A DNA stretch of 32,583 bases from a virus. Its lineage: Duplodnaviria > Caudoviricetes. The position numbers and the translations under genes were made by a program. Location of the stretch: the IMG/VR virus record IMGVR_UViG_3300024180_000019, positions 1 through 32,583 of that record; one strand, 5' to 3'. The notes under the pieces were generated by a model, which saw nothing but the letters and a program-made list of their open reading frames with translations, was not told the DNA's origin and did not search any database. Of this stretch, positions 9,838 to 18,400 are shown in pieces. Numbering within the stretch: the stretch's first letter is position 1; every line of letters begins with the position of its first letter.

Positions 9838-11328
9838 ATGGCTTATTTTAATCATGCGTTTAACAAAACGTTTATTGCAGATAGCACGCTGGATACAGCT
9901 GGTACTGCAACAAGTGCACTTACTGCCGGCCAAGTGGCTCTAGTAAGTGATCAAACTTGGGCATCAGTAGCATTACCTGGAGCACCTGCTGCAGGATCAC
10001 TTGCTTATGTAGTTCAAGGATCATTTTACACTAAAGATACTATTGGGAATAACCCAGGTAACGGAGGGTACAAAGAATCTGTAAAATCTAAAGGTATTAA
10101 CCCAAGATACATTACAAGATTATGGCAAGCAAATTGCCTTACTGCATCTCAAGCAACAGCTAGTCTTTCATTAGCTTCTGATTGTGCACCATGTGGTAAA
10201 ACACAATTTATGAGAATTGATGTAAAGGGATCTCCTGCATTAAGATTCTTAAATCACAATGCATATGTAATTGCTGACTCAGCTAATGTATGTTGTATTG
10301 ATGGACAAGACTTTATTGATCCTACAGTAGTTGTAGGTGCTATGTCTGAAATGGCTCTTGCAGATCCTTTAATTAAACCATTTGTTGCTGAAGGTAACTT
10401 AATGGGTGTTGAGACTGCAACTCTATCTGGTGGTGTAGGTTATTCTGTTACTACTGGAGCTGCTAGTGCTACTACTACTGTTGCTCCTGCTGGAGGAACT
10501 GGAGCTGCAATTAACATTTTAACTGTAAGTGGAACTGGAGTAATTTTAACATTTAGTTTTGCTTCTGCTGGTAAAGGTTATGCTGTTGGTGATGTTTTAA
10601 CTGTTGTTCAATCAGGTTCTACAACTGATGCTACTTTGACTGTTACTGCTGTAACTGCTGGTGGTGTAATTACTAATTCAACTACTGCTGCTGGTGTAGT
10701 GACGCAAGGTGTATACACTATTGCTCAAGCACAAGGTAAAGCTGCATCTGGAAACTATGTTCCTTCTACTGATCCTAATGGAGCTGTTAAAGTAACTGCT
10801 ACAGTTGAATTTGTAGGAGCTTATGTTGACACAGTATTTGGCAACTGTTCTTTTGATACAAGAGATCATTATAATGCAGAGCCTGTTGAGATTATTGTTT
10901 CTCAATTAGATGAAACTGGTAATCCATGTAATGACTGTGGTGTTGCTACAAGAACTCCAGGTTCAATGCAACAAACTCAAGGTGAAGAAGTAATTAGAGA
11001 GTTAATTATGTCTGAAAGATACCGTCAATCTCCTTATAACCAAGGAAATGCTGATAGTGCAAGGTTTAGAGAAATTGAAATGTCTGATGAGTTATTATCT
11101 GCTGTAGATAGAACAGCTACTTATAAAGCTTATTATATTCAACACTCTGTACCTAGATTTAATAATCCATCTGGAGTTTTTGATAATGATCAGTACATAT
11201 ATAAGATTTATGTAAAATGTTCTGATGCTGCTGCTCAAACTCAAGTTGAGAAGTTAATGAATGCTTTATCTGCATGGGCAACTTCAACAGGTAATGCTGT
11301 TCCAGTTGAAGTAAATGCTTATTGGTAG
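9838..11328 (+). CDS. Structural protein, probable auxiliary capsid protein (496 aa)
   Basis: A/T/G/V-rich. KSKGINP near the N-terminus and YYIQHSVPRFNNPSGVFDNDQY near the C-terminus. Has its own promoter-like motif and terminator, suggesting high expression. Position matches the crAss auxiliary capsid gene. Confidence 0.55.
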   Translation: MAYFNHAFNKTFIADSTLDTAGTATSALTAGQVALVSDQTWASVALPGAPAAGSLAYVVQGSFYTKDTIGNNPGNGGYKESVKSKGINPRYITRLWQANCLTASQATASLSLASDCAPCGKTQFMRIDVKGSPALRFLNHNAYVIADSANVCCIDGQDFIDPTVVVGAMSEMALADPLIKPFVAEGNLMGVETATLSGGVGYSVTTGAASATTTVAPAGGTGAAINILTVSGTGVILTFSFASAGKGYAVGDVLTVVQSGSTTDATLTVTAVTAGGVITNSTTAAGVVTQGVYTIAQAQGKAASGNYVPSTDPNGAVKVTATVEFVGAYVDTVFGNCSFDTRDHYNAEPVEIIVSQLDETGNPCNDCGVATRTPGSMQQTQGEEVIRELIMSERYRQSPYNQGNADSARFREIEMSDELLSAVDRTATYKAYYIQHSVPRFNNPSGVFDNDQYIYKIYVKCSDAAAQTQVEKLMNALSAWATSTGNAVPVEVNAYW

Positions 11329-11354
11329 TATTTACATTATATAGTTTTTATATT

Positions 11355-11389
11355 AGAGCAGAAGGTAAATCTTCTGCTCTTTTTATTTT
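11355..11389 (+). terminator. Intrinsic terminator
   Basis: Perfect 10-bp stem AGAGCAGAAG / CTTCTGCTCT followed by TTTTATTTT. Confidence 0.85.
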
Positions 11390-11402
11390 ATATTCTATTT
11401 AA

Positions 11403-11416
11403 TTTTTGTATATTAT
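11403..11416 (+). promoter_or_regulatory. Putative phage promoter motif (TTTTTGTATATTAT)
   Basis: Copy of the recurring motif immediately after the terminator, 25 nt upstream of ATG 11442. Confidence 0.55.
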
Positions 11417-11441
11417 CTATATAGCAAAAGCAATATAGAAT

Positions 11442-12017
11442 ATGGCCAGTAAACATATATTAAGTTTAGAAATACCTACAGTTTCAAACTGTGATTTATT
11501 ATGTATTAAAGATACAAGTCAATATAGCAGTGAGCTTGCCGTTGACTGTGAGGAGTTATTGATTACTCTTCCTGGGTTTAGTGTACCTGTTCTTATAGAT
11601 GTAGATAAAAGTTTTGACATGTGTTTAACAGCATGTACACTATCATTACAAAAAGAAAATTGCGGTACAGTTCAAGATAAGATTCCTGATGGAATATATA
11701 TTATAAAGTATAGCGTTTCACCAAATTCTAAAGTATATGTAGAGTATAATCATTTAAGAGTTACAAGACTTTTAACAACTTATTATGAAGTACTGTGCGA
11801 TTTAGAAGTTCAAGCCTGCCAGCCTAATTCAGAGAAGCAAGCATTACTTGCTGAGATGAGTTATATAAAGACTATTATTGACGCTGCTATTGCAAATGTA
11901 GAATATTGTCAATCATCAGCCCATGGTATGCAATTATATAACTATGCAAAAACAAGATTAAATAAAATATCATGTCCATCAGGTAACTGTGGATCAAGTT
12001 CAACATATTTAGTATAA
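11442..12017 (+). CDS. Cys-rich structural protein, possible tail hub/collar (191 aa)
   Basis: IPDGIYIIKYSV beta motif followed by a helical C-terminus, in the position of crAss tail-hub genes. Contains many Cys. Confidence 0.5.
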   Translation: MASKHILSLEIPTVSNCDLLCIKDTSQYSSELAVDCEELLITLPGFSVPVLIDVDKSFDMCLTACTLSLQKENCGTVQDKIPDGIYIIKYSVSPNSKVYVEYNHLRVTRLLTTYYEVLCDLEVQACQPNSEKQALLAEMSYIKTIIDAAIANVEYCQSSAHGMQLYNYAKTRLNKISCPSGNCGSSSTYLV

Positions 12018-12027
12018 ACCAAATATT

Positions 12028-12195
12028 ATGTCAAACTGTGCATATTGCAATAAAAAATTTACATGTGGTTGTCAAAAAGTTTCATTAGGTAATGGAGTAG
12101 TAATTTGTAAAGCATGTAAAACCAAGAATAATAATCTAAATCAAAATTTAGCAAAACAAAAAATAAAAGATTTAGTAAATAGACAACATGGCTAA
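12028..12195 (+). CDS. Small Cys-rich protein (55 aa), not in the ORF track
   Basis: Hand translation MSNCAYCNKKFTCGCQKVSLGNGVVICKACKTKNNNLNQNLAKQKIKDLVNRQHG*. Fills the gap exactly, overlaps the next start by 8 nt, and is preceded by AAACCAA. Confidence 0.7.
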   Translation: MSNCAYCNKKFTCGCQKVSLGNGVVICKACKTKNNNLNQNLAKQKIKDLVNRQHG

Positions 12196-12730
12196 AGCAA
12201 TAAGATCATATTCTAATGAAGAACAAGTAAAAGAATTAGCTCTACTTAAAAGAATTAAGGTAGAGCAAACTTTTGCTCAGCAAGTATATACAAACTTTCA
12301 ATCTGTTAGATTTGGGATAGGATCTTGCTGTTATACAGATATGGAACAAGCTGTATTACGAAAGAGTATATGTGATTGGCAAAACGCAGCAAGTTTTAAA
12401 GTTGTTGTTGCTACAGATACAGCTGGTGTATTTGTTGAACCTTTGGCAAAAGTTAACTTAAAAGCAAGCGTAAGTTGTCCAGAGACACCTACTAGTGTTT
12501 GTACAATCTTAGATTTAGAGGGTATTATAGCTGATACAGGAACTTACTCACAATGTTTTGAGCAAGCATCAGATACATGGACTATAACGCATAATTTAGG
12601 ATCATATCCTTCTGTTACTGTAGTAGACAGCGCAAATACAGTTGTGGTAGGTAATGTGGATTACATAAGTTCACAGCAATTAGTTGTAACATTTAATGCA
12701 TCATTCTCAGGGTGTGCGTTTTTAAATTAA
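12188..12730 (+). CDS. Putative fibre-anchoring structural protein (180 aa)
   Basis: Helical Cys-containing N-terminus plus a C-terminal WTITHNLG..PSVTVVDS beta domain of the type seen in phage fibre proteins. Confidence 0.55.
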   Translation: MAKAIRSYSNEEQVKELALLKRIKVEQTFAQQVYTNFQSVRFGIGSCCYTDMEQAVLRKSICDWQNAASFKVVVATDTAGVFVEPLAKVNLKASVSCPETPTSVCTILDLEGIIADTGTYSQCFEQASDTWTITHNLGSYPSVTVVDSANTVVVGNVDYISSQQLVVTFNASFSGCAFLN

Positions 12731-12752
12731 TAATAAATAAAATATAAAGGTA

Positions 12753-14951
12753 ATGGCAGTAAGATATTTAACTGGTCTAAATGTATCCGGAAACATAAAT
12801 TTAAACAGCAATCAATTACAGAATGTAGTTATTCAACCTCTTGGTGCTGATCCTGCAGGAATTGCGGGTAAAATATATTATAACTCTGGTACTAATAAAC
12901 TTAAGCTGTACGATGGTACAAATTGGGTAGATTTAGCAACAGGTGCATCTTCAAATACTACATATGATTTATCAGGTATTGGTTCAACAAATGGAACAGC
13001 AGGTGTAAGACTTGCAGGATCAGATGCAACTAATGATGATGTATTAATTGTAGGAGCAGGTACAGTAGGAGTAACTAGAAGTGGTAATACACTTACAGTT
13101 ACAGGAACTGATTCAGCAGCTGGAACAGTTACAGACGTGGCTGGAGGTACAGGAATTACTATCACAGGTACATCAACTGTAACGCCAACTGTTAATATTG
13201 ACTATGCTGGAACAGATAATATTATACTAGCAGCATCTGACGGAACAGCTATAACATTAACAGCAACTGATAAAATTTTATTTAATGATGCTACAGATAA
13301 TAGTGCTAAATTTGCAAACTTATCTCAAGTAGCAACTTATATTAATGCAGGTGCAGGTACTGTAACAAGTGTAGACGGATCTGGTGGAAGTACTGGATTG
13401 ACATTAACTGGTGGAGCTATAACAACAAGTGGTACATTAACTTTAGGTGGAACACTAGCAATAGGTTCTGGTGGTACTGGTTTAACAACTTATACAACAG
13501 GAGATATACTATATGCTTCTAATAGTACAACACTAGCTAAATTACCTATTGGTTCAACAGGACAAGTATTAAAAGTAGCATCAGGAATACCATCATGGGC
13601 AACTGATCAAAACTCTGGAGGTACAGTAACAAGCATTACTAATGCAGCAGATAGTGGTACAGGTACAGCAATTACAGGAGCTGGTACATTTACTTATACA
13701 GGTGGAACAAATATTACAACTTCAGTAAGTGGCACTACAGTTACTATTAATACTAGTGCAACAACTAATGTGGGTACAGTTACAAGTGTAACAGCCGGAA
13801 CAGGTATGACTCAGTCGGGTACCTCTACAATAAACCCTACATTAAATGTTATTGGAGGAGCTGGTATATTATCTTTGGCAAATAATATAGAAATTGATTA
13901 TACTTCCACAGGTATTATAAATGACGCTAACTCAGGAACAAGTATTACTTTAGTTGATGCTGATGAATTCTTATTTGAGGATGTTAGTTCCACAGCAGGT
14001 ACAGCGGTGAAGAGAGGTACTCTTAGTCAATTAAAAACTTATATAGGAGGGAGCGATACTACATACACATTACCTGTTTCAGCAGGTGGTGCTAACTCAG
14101 CCATTATAACTTTAGACGCAAGTGCAGGAACTGATAGTACAGTTACTTTTAATGGTACTACAAATGAAATTGAAATTACAGAATCGGTTGGAAACAACGG
14201 TAGTATTACTGTTGGATTACCTGATGATGTAACTATAACAAGTGATTTAACAGTTGGAGATAACCTTACACTTACTGGTGGTAACTTAAGCGTAACAGGT
14301 ACGGGGTCATTCACGGGTCAGGTAACAGTACCACTTGCTACCGCTGCTTCAAGCGCTCCAAATCTAGGGCAAGTAGAATTACTTATTGCTGGTGTTGGTA
14401 TATTTCAAGGATCATATAATGCCAACACAAACTCTCCAGCATTAGAAGGAGCAAGTAACATAGCTCTTAACACAGGAGATTATTTCGTAGTTTCAGTATC
14501 AGGTAGCTTCTTAGGGGAAGCAGTTGAGCCAGGAGATTTCATATTTGCTAATAATGACATAACAGCGGGATCTTCTCCTGCATTGAGTAACTACACTGTT
14601 GTACAAGCAGATGCCAACATAGCAGGTGCTAATACATCAGACGGAGCAACACAAAAGGGTGTTGCTGGTTTTGATAGTGCAAACTTTGATGTAACTCCAA
14701 ATGGTTGGGTTCAGTTGAATAGCAACCTTAGTTTTGCAGGTACATATCCATCAACTACAACAAATACTTGGGATGTTGCTCATGGTTTAGGTACAAGAGA
14801 TGTAATGGTGCAAGTATATGAAATATCAAGTGGTGATACAGTTTATGTTGATGTACTAAGAAAACCAAATTCACCGTTTGATTTAACATTATCTACATCA
14901 ACAAGTCAAGCTGCTAACACATTAAGGGTATTAGTAACTAAAATAGGATAA
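12753..14951 (+). CDS. Tail fibre protein (732 aa, G/T/S-rich)
   Basis: GKIYYNSGTNKLKLYDGTNW motif, four GTVT(S/D)(V/I) repeats, GGTG/TGDILYAS/LAKLPIG fibre motifs, and a C-terminal WDVAHGLG domain. Confidence 0.75.
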   Translation: MAVRYLTGLNVSGNINLNSNQLQNVVIQPLGADPAGIAGKIYYNSGTNKLKLYDGTNWVDLATGASSNTTYDLSGIGSTNGTAGVRLAGSDATNDDVLIVGAGTVGVTRSGNTLTVTGTDSAAGTVTDVAGGTGITITGTSTVTPTVNIDYAGTDNIILAASDGTAITLTATDKILFNDATDNSAKFANLSQVATYINAGAGTVTSVDGSGGSTGLTLTGGAITTSGTLTLGGTLAIGSGGTGLTTYTTGDILYASNSTTLAKLPIGSTGQVLKVASGIPSWATDQNSGGTVTSITNAADSGTGTAITGAGTFTYTGGTNITTSVSGTTVTINTSATTNVGTVTSVTAGTGMTQSGTSTINPTLNVIGGAGILSLANNIEIDYTSTGIINDANSGTSITLVDADEFLFEDVSSTAGTAVKRGTLSQLKTYIGGSDTTYTLPVSAGGANSAIITLDASAGTDSTVTFNGTTNEIEITESVGNNGSITVGLPDDVTITSDLTVGDNLTLTGGNLSVTGTGSFTGQVTVPLATAASSAPNLGQVELLIAGVGIFQGSYNANTNSPALEGASNIALNTGDYFVVSVSGSFLGEAVEPGDFIFANNDITAGSSPALSNYTVVQADANIAGANTSDGATQKGVAGFDSANFDVTPNGWVQLNSNLSFAGTYPSTTTNTWDVAHGLGTRDVMVQVYEISSGDTVYVDVLRKPNSPFDLTLSTSTSQAANTLRVLVTKIG

Positions 14952-15010
14952 TAACATAATTAAAGGATGGTGATTTTTAATATCTTTTTATATCTTTAAA
15001 ATTAAAAGAA

Positions 15011-15436
15011 ATGACAACAACTTATAACTGGAACTGCAAGACAGTAGATGCATACCCTCTAATTGGAGAAGACCCAGATGTGGTGTACAACGTACACTGG
15101 ATAGTAACGGGTGTATCAGACCAACTAGACCCGCAGGGTAATCCCTATCAGGCTAGGAGTATTGGTACTCAGGTGTTAAGCACGGATGACATTACAGACT
15201 TTATTCCCTTTGAAGACTTGACAAACGAAATTGTTGTTGAGTGGACTAAGGGTGCAATGGGGGAGGAAGAGGTTGCTTCTATTGAGGCTAATATACAGTC
15301 TCAGATTAATTTGTTAATCACTCCAGCATCAGTGACACTTACTGTAGGTGGAGAACCAGAGCCACCAGAGCCACCTGTAGAAGAAGAACCAGTAGAGGAA
15401 GAGCCAGTAGAGGCTGAACCAGAGGAGGAGATATAA
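15011..15436 (+). CDS. Fibre-associated small protein with acidic P/E tail (141 aa), possible assembly chaperone
   Basis: VVYNVHW...FIPFEDLT...VVEW motif, familiar from small genes beside fibre genes in aquatic phages. C-terminal PVEEE repeats. Confidence 0.55.
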   Translation: MTTTYNWNCKTVDAYPLIGEDPDVVYNVHWIVTGVSDQLDPQGNPYQARSIGTQVLSTDDITDFIPFEDLTNEIVVEWTKGAMGEEEVASIEANIQSQINLLITPASVTLTVGGEPEPPEPPVEEEPVEEEPVEAEPEEEI

Positions 15437-15472
15437 TACCAACCTATAAAATACAATACAATTTAATACCCT

Positions 15473-18400
15473 ATGGCAATTAGATTTTTAAACAGTCAGT
15501 CTATTGATGGAGAGCTTACGGTAACAGGTAACGTGGGTATTGGAACTACAAGTCCAAATTCTAGGTTGGAAGTTTCTGACACCTTTCCTGTGCTGAGACT
15601 AACAAATGAATCTTCCACTTCTACAATAGGAGACGTTGTTTCTTCTATTGAGTTTTATAACTCAGACACTTCAGGTAATTATCCTGCTGTAGGGGCAGCT
15701 ATTAAATCAATAAATGAATCTGCTTTTGGAAATGCGAATGCTTTAGGATTCTTTACTAATTCAGACTCCGCTAGTGAAAGTGAACATATGCGTATTAATT
15801 CATCAGGCAACGTAGGTATAGGGACAACAAGTCCTTTATTATCCTATGGTGGTAAAGGGTTACAGATTCAGAATACAGATACTGCTGGATTACGCCTTAC
15901 TGACACTACTGGTGCTGACTTTGATATATCCGCTAGGTCTGGTGATGTTCTTTTATATGAAGGGGAAGGAAACCCTATTAGAATTGGCGTTGGTGGTAGT
16001 GAGAAGATGAGAATTCAAAATGATGGGTATGTAGGAATAGGAACTACTACCCCTGGTTATCTTCTTGATGTACAAGCTGTTACTGATCCTTCTATTAGAG
16101 TACGTTCTTCAGGTACAGGATCTTCAGATGATGCCTTAGTTAGAATAAGAGTTGGGGGAACTACTGCATCTAGCATTGTTGCCTTTGGGGATTCTTCATC
16201 AAGTACTAGAGGACAGATTAAATATACACATAGTGTTGATGCTATGCGTTTATATACAGCAGGAGCTGAACAAGTACGGATAGACTCTAATGGAGACGTG
16301 GGTATAGGGAGTACAAATCCCATAGCTAAATTATATGTAGATGGTGGAATATTAGGAGGCACTGCAGGAGATGAGGTAGCTTTGCTTAGTTTAAAAACTA
16401 CAAATAATAACACTGATACTTTACAATTTACATCCGAGAGATTAACCACAGGAACAGATTGGACTCATGCAGCACAAAGAATACAGAGAAAGATAGATAC
16501 TACCTTAATGGGGTATATGCAGTTTGGATCTATGAATGATGATCTGATTACGTTTGGTGAGGGTAATACTGAACGAATGCGTATTGATGGGGATGGCAAC
16601 GTAGGTATAGGGAATGCAAGTCCTGAAAATATACTACATGTTGAAAAAGCAAATCCAATTATTTTCGTTCAAGATACTGACACATCTCTTTCAACTACAG
16701 AGGCATATATTAAATTCAGTGGATCTCAAAGTTCAGCAGCAGGTGGTGGTTTTAGAACAGATATAGAAAAGGCTATCGGATATAAAAACGATAGTTTAGT
16801 TTTTGAAGATGGGGGTACTGAAAGAATGCGTATTGATTCATCAGGTAACGTAGGAATAGGAACTACAAGTCCTAATAGCGAGTTGCATATTGCAAGTGGA
16901 AACCCTGTATTAACATTGCAGGATACAAATTCAAACGATCCAAATGCTGTAAAAATAGAATTCACTGATCAAATCAATGATGTACATGCAGAAATTGGAT
17001 TGACGGCTGGAAATTCAGGTGCTTTAAATATTAAAAATAATTACAAGGCTATTGATTTTTATACTGGGACGTCAGGTACTTCAACCCTAGCAATGCAGAT
17101 TGATGATAATGGTTTTGTTGGTATTGGAATTACGAATCCTACTGCCACACTTCATGTTAATGGTGGGCTAAGGGTTTCTACAGTAAATGAAGCGACAACA
17201 TATTCAGCAGATAAGTTTTTAGTTTCTGACGCTGAAAATGTTAAGTATGTAGATGCAGTACAGTTAGCTAGTCTTATTGACCCGTATGTTACTGGCGGAG
17301 GTAAGTTTGTAGATGGTACAGACACTAACGATGCAGTATACACCACAGGTAATGTAGGGATAGGAACTACTTCTCCTGATTCATTATTACATATATCACA
17401 AGGAGTTAACAGTACTGCAACAAACTTAATAATAGAGAATACAGACACTAGTATATTAGACACAGAAGACTTAGCTAAAATAGAATTTAAATCTAATGAT
17501 GCTAGTACTGGTGGTGTGGGTGTAGCAGCTTCTATAAGGACTGTTGCTGAAAGTGCTGGAACTTTGTACGGAGTAGGATTTAATACTAAGGCTGGGACAG
17601 CAGAGACTGAAAAGATGCGTATTACCGCATATGGTAATGTTGGTATTGGAATAGTTACTCCAAATGATAAGCTTGAAGTAGTTGGTGCTATTAATGCTAA
17701 GGCAGGCTTTGGTTTCAAGTTAGGTAACTCAAATGAAACAGCTATAGGTAAATGGTATAACACATCAGGTGTAAATTACTTAGAAGGTGATGCTAGTAGA
17801 AGTTTTCAAATTGGCAGTGTAACTAATGGGGTTAATGTTAGATTTGATAATGTTAATAATCGTGTAGGTATAGGGACTACAAGTCCAACTACTGAGTTAA
17901 ATGTAAAAGGTGATATTACTATTACAAATGCAAACGGCACTAATCCAACAGACGCAGGAAATTTATATTTTGCTGAATCAGGTACTTCTTGGGGTAGTAG
18001 CATTTACGGATTTAGAATTAATCTTCAGGGAGTTAATAATACACTAAATTTTCAGTCAGCAAGTACAACTACTGTTAGAGATATTATAACTTTAACTAGA
18101 GACACTGCATACGTAGGGATAGGAACTACGAGTCCTAGTACTCTTTTAGAGATTGCCTCAGGTAATTCAGGTGGAGATGCGGCACTAGATTCACCAACAT
18201 TTAGAATTAACAACACAACTGATTCTGCTGATTGGGATGTTGACGATGTTGTTGGAAGTATAGAATATTACTCATCTGATCCAGGAGGAAATGCGCCTTA
18301 TGTAACATCATTTATAAAAAGTGTAAACGAAAACGATAGTGGTACATTACCTAGTGGTGCTTTGACATTTGGTACAGCTGCTTATAACGCAATAGGTGGG

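Noticed and set aside
14960-15000. Possible terminator between the 732-aa fibre and the 141-aa gene
   Set aside because: Only a weak AT-rich imperfect stem, not convincing compared with the four clear terminators.
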